Shown here in pieces: positions 1 to 9,899 of a DNA stretch of 64,000 nt. Source of the DNA: Gammaproteobacteria bacterium (lineage in GTDB: Bacteria > Pseudomonadota > Gammaproteobacteria > JBCCGL01); NCBI GenBank assembly GCA_965277715.1, contig OZ255836.1, forward strand, positions 3,360,001 through 3,424,000, written 5' to 3'. The notes under the pieces are model-generated. The model saw nothing but the letters and a program-made list of their open reading frames with translations. It was not told where the DNA came from and ran no database searches. The position numbers were made by a program, and so were the translations under genes. The number at the start of each line of letters is the position of its first letter. Position 1 is the first letter of the stretch.

Positions 1-100
1 GTTTGCGGAGTGCCAATTGTTGGGTAAGGGTCTCGACCAAGCAAAGGTAATTGTCGAGCAAATGATCGATATTGTGCGTGAAGGGTGCCGCCGGGGATGA
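1..100 (+). CDS. 3' end of a gene truncated by the window edge, probably type I restriction subunit HsdR
   Basis: Frame starting at 2 reads FAECQLLGKGLDQAKVIVEQMIDIVREGCRRG* (TGA 98-100), resembling HsdR C-termini; ATGA overlap with an M48/YgjP gene, the usual hsdR neighbour. Confidence 0.5.
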   Translation, partial: FAECQLLGKGLDQAKVIVEQMIDIVREGCRRG

Positions 101-852
101 TGGTTACTGGTGACAATAGGGAACGGCCAACCCACGGCTCGGTTTATTACGGTGAGCGGTTTATTCCCTTTACTATTGAGCCGCGCACAGGTCATGGCCA
201 CAAAGTGCGCATTAAAGTGTATGCCGATAAACGCGTTGTGGTACAGGCACCGCTACAGGCCAATTACGATGACATTATCGAGGCCGCGCAAAAACGCGCC
301 CGCTGGATTCAGCAGCAGCTAATTATTTTTTCAACCCACTGTAACGATGTGCTGCCGCGCTTGTATGTCAGCGGGGAGAGCCATTTTTATTTAGGCCGTC
401 GGCATTTATTAAAAGTCACCGTGGATCGACAACACGCGGCGCAGGTGAAGTTATTGCAAGGTGTTTTGCAGGTGTACACGCCCTCTGCCGAGAAGACCCG
501 CACGCTGTTAATGGGGTGGTATAAACAGCGTGCCAACGATGTTTTTGATCGTCGACTTGAGGCGTTGCTGGATAAGATTTGGTGGCTGGAAGATAAGCCC
601 GCATTTACTTTGCGGATGATGCAGACACAATGGGGCAACTGCTCACCTGCTGGTGTGCTTACGTTAAATCCGCACCTGGTGAAGGCGCCCACACCGTGTA
701 TTGATTATGTTTTATTACACGAGATTTGCCATATTGCCGAGCATAATCATAGTCAACAGTTTTATCGTTTGGTCGAGCAAATAATGCCGCAGTGGCAATC
801 GGTCAAAACCCGGCTGGATAACATGGCTTATTTTTATTTGAATGATGCGTAA
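97..852 (+). CDS. M48 family (YgjP/DUF45) zinc metallopeptidase-like protein
   Basis: YxSGESHFYLGR, QWGNCS and IDYVLLHEICHIAEHNHS (HExxH) motifs; ATG at 97 overlaps the upstream stop. Confidence 0.9.
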   Translation: MMVTGDNRERPTHGSVYYGERFIPFTIEPRTGHGHKVRIKVYADKRVVVQAPLQANYDDIIEAAQKRARWIQQQLIIFSTHCNDVLPRLYVSGESHFYLGRRHLLKVTVDRQHAAQVKLLQGVLQVYTPSAEKTRTLLMGWYKQRANDVFDRRLEALLDKIWWLEDKPAFTLRMMQTQWGNCSPAGVLTLNPHLVKAPTPCIDYVLLHEICHIAEHNHSQQFYRLVEQIMPQWQSVKTRLDNMAYFYLNDA

Positions 853-965
853 ACCTGAATTAATTAATTACGCCTAAAAAACCCGGAGCACTATCTATTA
901 TTCATGCGCTGAAGCGGGTGGATGAAGAGTACAACAATAAAATTTTACTATGAGGAGCTATACCG

Positions 966-1262
966 ATGTCAAATTTCCCCAATATCCCTGTACGAAAACC
1001 GATTGAGCTGGATTTTTATAAACTACCGCCCAATCACAACCCGATGATTCAGGTGGATGCCGATAGCACCTTCGATAATGTTCAGTCTTCCTTATGCCTG
1101 CTAATGCGCCTGGTAATGGACTCGGAACAAATGGAGCTGCATTACTCAGAGCGAGAAACGCGTGGTTTATTGTGTGTGTTGGAGTGTATGGAAAAGGCGA
1201 TGCGATTTGAGTTATATCATCGGGCTGATGAGAATGAGGGGGGTGAGTGTAATCAATCGTGA
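966..1262 (+). CDS. hypothetical protein
   Basis: 98-aa ORF with GAGGAG RBS just upstream. Confidence 0.55.
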   Translation: MSNFPNIPVRKPIELDFYKLPPNHNPMIQVDADSTFDNVQSSLCLLMRLVMDSEQMELHYSERETRGLLCVLECMEKAMRFELYHRADENEGGECNQS

Positions 1263-1296
1263 ATTTGGGGTAAGGTAAGTTTATCTACGGATTGTG

Positions 1297-1860
1297 CTAA
1301 ACCCATTCATGTGCATTATGGGCGCACCTATCGCTCGCAATAATCACATGCTCCTGACGGGAACGAAAACACGATAAATAGACGCTCTCTCCCCAAACAG
1401 ATCGAGCGTCTGTCAATGCACAGATTTGTTCTACACCCCGCAAAAATAGCGCTGATGCCTTCACTTTTTTGCCTTTTTTTGTCCTGACCTGAGTATTGTC
1501 AGGAATGCGGATAGAAAACGGAATATTCTTCTTTTTCAAATACATAATCCATTCTTTACCTCGAAATTCACGGTCAGCCAATAAGGCACTGATCGTCTGT
1601 ACAGGAAAAACAGTCAAATAACGATTAACCCGATCAATCCGCTCCTGAGTATGGCTGTTTCCCGCTTTGTCTAAAATAGGGGAACCGCTACATTGTGCCA
1701 GTCAATGGAAAGAACCAATAGGTTTACATGCGTCATACCCAACTTCCAGTGGGTTCGGTCAATGCTTACAGTCCAAGGCGGACATTGGGCAATCAGCTTA
1801 ATTAACAACGGGGCAATAGTATTCGGCTTCAAATCAAAATGACGCAAAAAACGTTTATTT
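1297..1860 (-). pseudogene. IS4-superfamily DDE transposase remnant
   Basis: Minus strand reads SIDRTHWKLG...LLVLSI then, after a frameshift near 1675, GNSHTQERI...LLADREFRGKEW; truncated at both ends. Confidence 0.75.
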
Positions 1861-1988
1861 CAATACCTTAATTTATTTTGTCCTGTACAGAGTGGCGTTA
1901 CTATGAAAGTTAACGGGACAGCAGTGATGTTTCACTCGTGATGTTCAGGGTATTTCTCTATTCTTTCACGGGCGAAACCACTGCTGCC

Positions 1989-2014
1989 CGGCAACTGCTC
2001 CTGTGTTGCTCTAT
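1989..2014 (+). repeat. partial copy of the intergenic CGGCAACTGCTCCTG(C/T)GTTGCTCTAT repeat
   Basis: 25/26 identical to 35141-35166. Confidence 0.6.
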
Positions 2015-2226
2015 TTTTATAAAACTATTTAAAAATGGCACATTGTTTAAATAATATTTATAAAAAAGAAAGTTATTTCGTGGGCACTCTTTATTTATCA
2101 ATACAGGTGTACGCCAACTGTTTCTATGCAAAGCAGGCTGACGCTGAAAGCATGAAGCTGTGTTTCTGATGCATTGCCTGCTTATTTATATCGCTTTATA
2201 TCGGTCAATTTAAAGCTGGGACAATG

Positions 2227-2973
2227 TTAGAGTATCTGGCTTAAAAATTCCTGCGTTCGCGGGTCTTTTGCTTCGGTGAAGAAGGTCGATGGCGGCCCGT
2301 GTTCGACGATAACGCCTCGGTCCGTGAAGTAGATGTGGTCGGCGATTTCACGCGCAAAACCCATTTCGTGGGTGACGAGGATACATGTCATGCCATCTTG
2401 TGCCAGGTTTTTGATCGCGATGAGGACTTCTTTGACTGTTTCCGGGTCGAGCGCGGCGGTGACTTCGTCGAATAACATTATGTCAGGGTTCATCGCCAGG
2501 GAGCGGGCAATCGCGACGCGTTGTTGTTGGCCACCCGATAATTCGCCGGGGTAGCTGTGCTCCTTGTCTTGTAGGTTGACGCGCTGCATTAACGCATGTG
2601 CGCGTTGCTCAACTTCAGCGGGGTTTTGTTTTAGTACTTTGATGGGGGCCATCATCACATTTTGCAGGGCGGTTTTGTGTGGAAATAAATTGTATTGCTG
2701 GAAAACCATGCCGACTTTTTTGCGCAGTGCCAGTTTGTCCAGTTGGGGGTCGTGAACCTCTTGCCCCTGTACTTTAATGGAACCGGAATTGATGTCGTTG
2801 AGTGCATTGATGCAACGAATTAATGTCGATTTTCCAGAACCGGATGGGCCGATAATGCAAATTACCTCACCCTTCATTACATTGATGGAAATACCCTTGA
2901 GTACTTCGAGCGAACCAAAGGATTTGTATACGTCTTTTATCGATATGATGGGTTGATCTTGTGTCCAGCTCAT
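2227..2973 (-). CDS. polar amino acid ABC transporter ATP-binding protein (GlnQ-like)
   Basis: GPSGSGKS Walker A, LSGGQQQRVAIAR signature, MLFDEVTAALDPE. Confidence 0.95.
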   Translation of the reverse strand: MSWTQDQPIISIKDVYKSFGSLEVLKGISINVMKGEVICIIGPSGSGKSTLIRCINALNDINSGSIKVQGQEVHDPQLDKLALRKKVGMVFQQYNLFPHKTALQNVMMAPIKVLKQNPAEVEQRAHALMQRVNLQDKEHSYPGELSGGQQQRVAIARSLAMNPDIMLFDEVTAALDPETVKEVLIAIKNLAQDGMTCILVTHEMGFAREIADHIYFTDRGVIVEHGPPSTFFTEAKDPRTQEFLSQIL

Positions 2974-2989
2974 CGGCCAGCAGCCCTCT

Positions 2990-3889
2990 TTAAAGTTTTA
3001 CCGCAAAGCGCTTTTCCAGTGCCATTGTGAGGCGTGCGATGGGGTAGCAATAAGCAAAAAATATAAGCAGTGCAAAGCTGTAAAACGGCACCAATAGTTC
3101 GGGGTGGTTGTTTTCTGCTTCGATAGCCTGGCGGCTCAATGTAATCAGTTCTTCGACGCCGAGTAGCGAGCATAATGGCGTGGCCATCGTGAGGATGGCG
3201 TACCAGTTCATCCACGGTGGGAGCATGCGCTTGAAGCACTGTGGCATGATAACTTGCCACAGTGTTTGCTGGCGCGTATAGGCCAGCGATTCGGCTGCTT
3301 CCCACTGCCCGGATGGCACCGACTGCACCGCACCGCGCACCAGCTCTGCCACATTGGCCATAATGGGGAGTGACAGGCCAAACACGGCTTTCATCCAGTC
3401 AGGCACACGGATAATCCAGTCGCCGATGACAATTTCAAACGGCAGTGCGAGGAGTACGATAAACAACAAAACCAGCCACGGTGAGTTGCGAAATAATTGG
3501 GTGAAAAATTTTGCTGGCAGGCGGATAGCGGCGAACGGCGATAGCTGCGCCAAGCCCAATAACACACCGGCGATGGTGCCGATCAGCATGGTCATCAGCG
3601 AGATGATGATATTGAATAAAAAGCCACCACTGACTAAGAAGGGCAGCCATTTGAATAGTGCCTGGAGTGCGTGTGTGTACGTGTATTGTGACGCCGCCAG
3701 TGTACTCAGGGGCCAGGCAAATATCAGCGCGATCAATAGGGCGAGTGTCCAGGGGGAAAACCCTGCGAGCCAGCGGCAGAAACCGAGGCTGTCACTGCCA
3801 ATATAGCCGGTATTGGCAAGCGGCAGTAATACCGGCAAATCGGTTTGCATATTGGCGTTGACGCCGGGAATGTGTTTCTTTTTCACCAT
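2990..3889 (-). CDS. amino acid ABC transporter permease
   Basis: FRNSP and AELVRGAVQSVPSGQWEAAESL (EAA) motif; hydrophobic. Confidence 0.93.
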   Translation of the reverse strand: MVKKKHIPGVNANMQTDLPVLLPLANTGYIGSDSLGFCRWLAGFSPWTLALLIALIFAWPLSTLAASQYTYTHALQALFKWLPFLVSGGFLFNIIISLMTMLIGTIAGVLLGLAQLSPFAAIRLPAKFFTQLFRNSPWLVLLFIVLLALPFEIVIGDWIIRVPDWMKAVFGLSLPIMANVAELVRGAVQSVPSGQWEAAESLAYTRQQTLWQVIMPQCFKRMLPPWMNWYAILTMATPLCSLLGVEELITLSRQAIEAENNHPELLVPFYSFALLIFFAYCYPIARLTMALEKRFAVKL

Positions 3890-3905
3890 TTACCGGGCGC
3901 CTGCT

Positions 3906-4664
3906 CTACTGACCATAGCCGGGAATGCGTAAGGACGTCTCCCAGCGGTTCATGCCACTGACCAGTACACCGACCAGTAAAATAAAGGTAATAAATAATA
4001 CCAACATGGTCGGGTACAACGCGCTTGGGTAGTCGTTCCATATGCCGACACTTTCATACAGCAGCTCGGGCACGGCAATGCCAATTGCCTGGGTGGTGGT
4101 TTTAACCAGGTTGACGAGGTTATTGTTGAGCGCGGGTAAGGAGACGCGAAATGCCAGAGGCAAAACCACATTGGTGTACGTTTGCAACCGGGAAAACCCC
4201 AGCGCACTGGCGGCTTCCTTGGTGGATTCGGGGACTGCTTCAATACCGGCGCGAAATATTTCCACATTGAAGGCCCCGGCGAAAAATGACAGGGAGATAA
4301 TCGCCCAGCCGACGTTGGAGATCAGGGGTATTTCCGTCCAGCCGTCGGGGCCGGTAACAGTTGGGGTCAAGTGCCCCAAGGCAAAATAGAAAAACAGTAG
4401 TTGTACAAAGGGGGGCGTGTTGCGAAAAAACTGGATATAGCCTTGTACGATAAGCCGCAACCCTTTATTCGGTGAATTTTGCAGCCAGGCGCCGACGACA
4501 CCGATAAGCACTGAAAACAACACGCAGGCAATGGATAGGATGATAGTGGTCTTGAGCCCGCCGACAATCCGCCACCACTGAAACGCATCGTAGAAAAAGA
4601 TGAAATTCCAGCGCGGATACTCATCCGCTATGTGGCGGAAGAACTCGGTAAATACTTCAAGCAT
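3906..4664 (-). CDS. amino acid ABC transporter permease
   Basis: FRNTP and EIFRAGIEAVPESTKEAASALG motif. Confidence 0.93.
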   Translation of the reverse strand: MLEVFTEFFRHIADEYPRWNFIFFYDAFQWWRIVGGLKTTIILSIACVLFSVLIGVVGAWLQNSPNKGLRLIVQGYIQFFRNTPPFVQLLFFYFALGHLTPTVTGPDGWTEIPLISNVGWAIISLSFFAGAFNVEIFRAGIEAVPESTKEAASALGFSRLQTYTNVVLPLAFRVSLPALNNNLVNLVKTTTQAIGIAVPELLYESVGIWNDYPSALYPTMLVLFITFILLVGVLVSGMNRWETSLRIPGYGQ

Positions 4665-4751
4665 TTAGGTGGTGAGATCGATTGGTTTAGGGAGTGTACA
4701 GGGCGCTGGCAACCTGGAAAAAACTGGCTGCCAGCGCGTTGATACACAAAA

Positions 4752-5597
4752 CTATTTAGCTAACCAATCTTTATATTTGGCGTTGTGATCGGCGAGAAAG
4801 GCGGTAGGCTTGATGCCCCATTTCTTTTCCCATTCAATCAGTTGGCCAGACTGATGCCAGTTAAACGTCATGCCAGACATAAACTGACCAAATATGCAGT
4901 CTTTTTCAGCCAGTGGTACGGCCAGTGCCCAGGGGTTGTCGTCTTCTGATCGCAGCGGCATTTCAAACGCATCGTAGTCACCTGAGGCGAGGTCAGAGCC
5001 AATCGATGAGTCGTCGTACACCCAGGCGACACATTTTTTATCGCGCAGTGCCTGCTTGGCTTCGGCATTGCCTGTAAAAGCGACGACGGTTACCCCGTAG
5101 CGCTCGGTGACGATTTTATTGTAAAACGCCCCCTGTTTGCCGCACACAGGTTTGCCGCGCAGGTCTTCCCAGTTTTTGAAGCCAAGCGCTTTGGGTGCCA
5201 TGACATTGGTGCCAGAGGTGTAGTAGTTGGGCTGGGTGATGCCGACAATTTTGCGCCGGTCGTCACGGTCTGACATGGTGGCGATAAACATATCGGTTTT
5301 GCCCTGTTCGAGGAATTGCATACGGTTTGACGATTGCACCGCGACCAGTTCCAGCTCAACTCCCATGGTTTCAGCGACATCTTTGGCCATATCGATTTCC
5401 ATGCCGACAATGCTGCCGTCACTGTCGCGAAACCCCCAGGGCTTATAGTCTGCTTTGACACCGACGACAAGCTTGCCACGGCTCATCACCTTGTTCCACG
5501 TATCGTTGCTGCATTGTGCCGCGTACGCTGCGCTACTGCTCATCAGTAGTGCTGCTGCGGCTGTGCTAATGCCAAATGTGGCGAGTTTTTTATACAT
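4752..5597 (-). CDS. amino acid ABC transporter substrate-binding protein (family 3)
   Basis: Signal peptide; RGKLVVGVKADYKPWGF, GMEIDMA motifs. Confidence 0.93.
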   Translation of the reverse strand: MYKKLATFGISTAAAALLMSSSAAYAAQCSNDTWNKVMSRGKLVVGVKADYKPWGFRDSDGSIVGMEIDMAKDVAETMGVELELVAVQSSNRMQFLEQGKTDMFIATMSDRDDRRKIVGITQPNYYTSGTNVMAPKALGFKNWEDLRGKPVCGKQGAFYNKIVTERYGVTVVAFTGNAEAKQALRDKKCVAWVYDDSSIGSDLASGDYDAFEMPLRSEDDNPWALAVPLAEKDCIFGQFMSGMTFNWHQSGQLIEWEKKWGIKPTAFLADHNAKYKDWLAK

Positions 5598-5807
5598 AGG
5601 TAAATCCTCCAGTGAGTATTGGATTGGGGGGCAGTAAGGTATTTATCGTGTTTGTGTGTCAGCTTGCCTGCCACACGTTTATTAACCTTCGATTGTTATA
5701 CTGAACAGTTGGCGAATTTAAGTCAACACTTCAGGGTTACATGATAACCTTAGTAGATTTCAGCCAGATCATCTGGGTTTTCTCACTGGGTATTATCGCT
5801 ACTAATT

Positions 5808-6596
5808 ATGTGCCGTCACGCTGCTTATCTTGGAAATACTATTTCACTCGCCCGGTTTATGCTCGAATCTGAGCACAACCTGATCGAGCAGGCTATCTAC
5901 CCAAAAGAAATGCGCATCGGGCGGTTTAATGCGGATGGCTTTGGTATCGGGTGGTTTCTTGAAGGTGGTAAACCCGTTTGTTACAAAAATATCCAGCCTA
6001 TCTGGTCAGACACCAATTTACCCGCACTGGGTGCCTCGCTGCACAGCGATCAGTGGATTGCGCTGGCGCGGGGGGCCTCACCAGGCTTAGGCGTGAGCAT
6101 TGATAATACCCACCCATTTGCCGACCATCGCTGGCTGTTTACCTTAAACGGCATCATCACTGATTTTGCCGATACGCTGCGCCCGGCCATCACGGCCAGA
6201 CTTTCCGACAACATCGCAGCGAGCACGCGGGGCCACACGGATGCCGAATTTATTTTTGCCCTGCTACGCCAGTTGTCGATGGAGGATGAGCAGGCGACGA
6301 CAGCGGATCTGTTGGTACGGCTTATCGCTTATATTGAAAGCATTGCGGGCGCTGTTGAGGTGGCATTAAGTATTTTACTGTGTGAACACGGTGCGCTATA
6401 CGCGGTTCGCCATGCGATTAATCTGCCTAATCCTACGCTTTATTACAGTGATAATTATTGTGGCGGCCAGGCGGTGTCGTCCGAACCGATGGGGGATCGC
6501 AAGCAGTGGCAGATGCTGCCGGAGCAACATTTGTTGGTGGTAAAAAGGGCGGGTGAAGCGCGATTGCTGCCCTTGAACCGGGGGGCGTTTTCTTGA
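5808..6596 (+). CDS. class II glutamine amidotransferase, EgtC-like
   Basis: N-terminal MCRHAAYLG (Cys2 nucleophile), NADGFGIGW, PIWSD, NTHPF, TDAE. Confidence 0.8.
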   Translation: MCRHAAYLGNTISLARFMLESEHNLIEQAIYPKEMRIGRFNADGFGIGWFLEGGKPVCYKNIQPIWSDTNLPALGASLHSDQWIALARGASPGLGVSIDNTHPFADHRWLFTLNGIITDFADTLRPAITARLSDNIAASTRGHTDAEFIFALLRQLSMEDEQATTADLLVRLIAYIESIAGAVEVALSILLCEHGALYAVRHAINLPNPTLYYSDNYCGGQAVSSEPMGDRKQWQMLPEQHLLVVKRAGEARLLPLNRGAFS

Positions 6597-7432
6597 GCAC
6601 GCCATCATTGTCTGCGTCTATTCAGTTGAGTGTTGCCAATGCGCTCAGTGAGGATATTGGTAGTGGTGACATTACAGCCAGGTTGATCGATGCGCAGGCA
6701 ATGGCCTACGCCACCGTTATTTCACGGCAGTCGGCGACCTTGTGTGGGACGGCCTGGTTCGATGAAGTATTTGTACAATTGGCGGGAAAAACGGAGATAA
6801 CCTGGTCAGCGGCTGATGGTGGGGTAATCGAGGCCGGGCAGGTTCTGTGCACCATTACCAGCCCGGCGCGCACATTGTTAACGGGAGAGCGCACGGCGTT
6901 GAATTTTTTACAGGTGCTGTCAGCGACGGCCACCACGACGCGTCGCTACGTCGATATTATTGCCGGTACGGGGGCGCGTTTACTGGATACGCGCAAAACA
7001 ATACCGGGGATGCGTGTGGCACAAAAATACGCGGTGCAGTGCGGCGGTGGTTGCAACCACCGCATAGGGTTGTTCGATGCATTTTTAATTAAGGAAAACC
7101 ACATCATTGCCGCCGGTGGGATTGTCAACGCCTGCCAGCAGGCACGGGCGCTGTCTGCTGACAAACTGCTGGAAATTGAAGTGGAGACGCTCGATGAGCT
7201 TGAGCAGGCCCTGTCTGCCGGGGTCGACAGGGTGATGCTGGATAATTTTGACCTGGACACAATGCGCCAGGCGGTGGCGTTGAACAGGCGGCGCGTGGCC
7301 CTTGAAGCCTCTGGCAATGTGGATGAGCATACGTTGCGGTCGATTGCTGAAACAGGCGTCGATTATATTTCTGTCGGTGCGTTAACCAAGCATATCGAGG
7401 CGATTGATTTGTCGATGCGGTTTGATTGTTAA
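6593..7432 (+). CDS. nadC: quinolinate phosphoribosyltransferase
   Basis: EDIGSGDIT, ERTALNF, DTRKTIPG, NHRIGLFD, LIKENH, MLDNF, EASGN. Confidence 0.97.
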   Translation: MSTPSLSASIQLSVANALSEDIGSGDITARLIDAQAMAYATVISRQSATLCGTAWFDEVFVQLAGKTEITWSAADGGVIEAGQVLCTITSPARTLLTGERTALNFLQVLSATATTTRRYVDIIAGTGARLLDTRKTIPGMRVAQKYAVQCGGGCNHRIGLFDAFLIKENHIIAAGGIVNACQQARALSADKLLEIEVETLDELEQALSAGVDRVMLDNFDLDTMRQAVALNRRRVALEASGNVDEHTLRSIAETGVDYISVGALTKHIEAIDLSMRFDC

Positions 7433-7448
7433 CCGCACCATGACCGTT

Positions 7449-9017
7449 TTATTGTAGCCTTTTGCCAATCCAATGGATGCCTTTCTTTGTTTTATTCAAC
7501 GTCCCAAAGATTTCAACATCCCCAGTATCTGAAAATTTGTAAGTTCCCTTGACTTGATCACCCCCCGTGCACTTCAATATCCATGTGCCACTATTGTTTT
7601 TATTGCGTAATGAGAAAATCCCGTCACAAACCTGGTCGGTGATTCGAATTTGTATCTCGCTTGAAAATTCATTATCAATAATCAAGCCGATGGCTGAAAT
7701 ACTGGTATTGTCGGTGGGCCATTCGCCCGTTATTCTGAGTGGGTAAATCTTAGGTAATTGTGATGCGCCGCTGCTGGCTTTGCGCAGTGCCAAAGGATTG
7801 ATGCTACTGACCCGGATATTGCTGAGAAATGCCTGAGCGTCAGACTTTGCCATGGGTTTTTTGATGCTTTGACAATAATAACCAGACATTACTTCATGCC
7901 CACCAAGATCCAGGGCGCCAGCATTTTTATATTTTATGGTGTACAAGCAGGAATATTTCTCTGAGTCGCCGATTGTATAATGCATCGTTGACCAATTATT
8001 TTTTACCCAATCTTCATCCCGTTGTGTAATAGGGCCAAATACATCTTCAAGTTGTTCAACAAAGCCGCCCAGTTTTCTTTTATTACGAAAAATACGATCA
8101 TGGGAGAGCTTATGGTATTCAATATAGGCATATTCACCACTGGAAAATAAATTTCCATACTGGGCGCCTATTACAACGCTACCGTATTTGTTTCTTTTAA
8201 ACGTGATATGTTTTGAGCTGTTGATCAAGGTTGGCATGTTCAATGTCAATGGGCTTTCGCTCTCCAGAATTTCCAAGCTGATATCCTGGGGTGTATAGCG
8301 GTTCGCCGACGATTGGTTACGCGGGGACAGTATGCTGTAGAGAGTAGTAATTGCATCACCCATATGCATATTGGGGTGAATTTTTTCACCGTACAAAAGT
8401 TTTATCAATTGTCGATCGGTTGGTGAGATGTTGTCCTGGCGGCTATTTGTATAGCTCAGCACACTGTATAAACGGTGAGGGTGCCCACCAAAGCCCAGTG
8501 TATGCATGGCTTCGTGCACGATACACCTCGAATCCTTATCTTCGACTGCTGACCGGGTCATGACGATTTTTGCTAATGTGATGACTCCATTAGATGCTTT
8601 GCTAATACTCGCGTAGCAACGGGTGATGAAGTTATTGACTGACAGGGACTTTTTCTCACTGATTTCAAATGAAAGTACAGCAGAATTTCTTTTTGGTGTA
8701 TCAATAAGCTCAATACCAGCCAGGGAGTAAACAGATTTAACCTGCTTAAATATCGATTGTCCCAACGGTGAGTAAATGTTTTCTCCACGCATTGAGAGGT
8801 ATACCGGTGTTTTAACATCCCACCTAATGACCTTGTTACGGTTTACAGTGGCGTGTTGTGCTTTAGGTTCGATACCAAGGCCAAATACTGCCTCGGCAAA
8901 CCCCAGTGTTAACGTTGAGTTGTCGGGCTTTGGCGCTACCTGACAAGATATAAGATGTACCAGAATTAATGAGAGAATAGAGGCACGTATAACGCCTCTT
9001 AGGTTGAAATATTTCAT
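7449..9017 (-). CDS. hypothetical lipoprotein with DUF2927-like HExxH domain
   Basis: Lipobox-like LISC; CIVHEAMHTLGF; DRQLIKLLY. Confidence 0.6.
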   Translation of the reverse strand: MKYFNLRGVIRASILSLILVHLISCQVAPKPDNSTLTLGFAEAVFGLGIEPKAQHATVNRNKVIRWDVKTPVYLSMRGENIYSPLGQSIFKQVKSVYSLAGIELIDTPKRNSAVLSFEISEKKSLSVNNFITRCYASISKASNGVITLAKIVMTRSAVEDKDSRCIVHEAMHTLGFGGHPHRLYSVLSYTNSRQDNISPTDRQLIKLLYGEKIHPNMHMGDAITTLYSILSPRNQSSANRYTPQDISLEILESESPLTLNMPTLINSSKHITFKRNKYGSVVIGAQYGNLFSSGEYAYIEYHKLSHDRIFRNKRKLGGFVEQLEDVFGPITQRDEDWVKNNWSTMHYTIGDSEKYSCLYTIKYKNAGALDLGGHEVMSGYYCQSIKKPMAKSDAQAFLSNIRVSSINPLALRKASSGASQLPKIYPLRITGEWPTDNTSISAIGLIIDNEFSSEIQIRITDQVCDGIFSLRNKNNSGTWILKCTGGDQVKGTYKFSDTGDVEIFGTLNKTKKGIHWIGKRLQ

Positions 9018-9177
9018 TTCACTGTGATCCTTGTTGTTTTAACCTAACAATCAGTTGAGTTGTAACGCGAACGCCTACGGTGCTAAAGCTTCCACTCTTT
9101 ATCTATTTGCTTAAAAAAATAAAGTGTATTGAGTATTTGTAGTAGATTCAACTAATTGTTAGGTTTAAATATAATGG

Positions 9178-9783
9178 TTAAAACGCAAACTTAACATAAA
9201 CGCTGCCATAATCAGCGTCCAGTGTGCTGGTAACTTCGCCTGTTGAGTTGTTTCGTATTGTGCCGCCCGCTGCATCGTTGCGACCATAAGCAATGCCGGT
9301 GTACCTTGCGCCAAGTGAAAAGTGCTCAAAGAGATCAAATTCCAGTTGTAGTACGTACCCGGCTTGAGAGTCAAAGCCAATATCGGCAACCCCGGCAGGT
9401 TGTTCCAGGGTGGGTTCAAGGTGGTAGGTTATGCCGACGCCGTATTCAATCCAGTCCTGGTCATAAATTAATAATAAATCCGCTGGAAACGCGGTAAATG
9501 TAAAGCCACCAGCGCTATTTTGCTTATAACCGATACCCAGGCGTATCTTCCAGTCAAGCTCATTATAAAAATCATAGCCGATAGATCCAGCGATACCATC
9601 ACCCAAATCCAGGTTTTCGTTAGGGTCGGATTGGCTGGATACCAGTGTGTTATTGCCACGATCCAACTGTAATTGCAGGTAAATTTTACTCAGTGTTTCG
9701 TTGCTTTCTTCAGCGTGAACCCCTGAGACCAACAAAGCACCCAACAGGCATAATACTGTCGATAATCGGTTGTTTGGTAGCAT
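9178..9783 (-). CDS. outer-membrane beta-barrel protein
   Basis: Signal peptide, alternating aromatic strands, C-terminal YVKFAF. Confidence 0.75.
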   Translation of the reverse strand: MLPNNRLSTVLCLLGALLVSGVHAEESNETLSKIYLQLQLDRGNNTLVSSQSDPNENLDLGDGIAGSIGYDFYNELDWKIRLGIGYKQNSAGGFTFTAFPADLLLIYDQDWIEYGVGITYHLEPTLEQPAGVADIGFDSQAGYVLQLEFDLFEHFSLGARYTGIAYGRNDAAGGTIRNNSTGEVTSTLDADYGSVYVKFAF

Positions 9784-9899
9784 GACACAGCTCCACTGTT
9801 TGTGTTTGATTCGAGAATAATGCGCTAAGTTACCTTAATCATTAGCAAAAGTATATCTGAAAATAAAACTATTACAGGGGTAAATGACGATGGCGAGTG

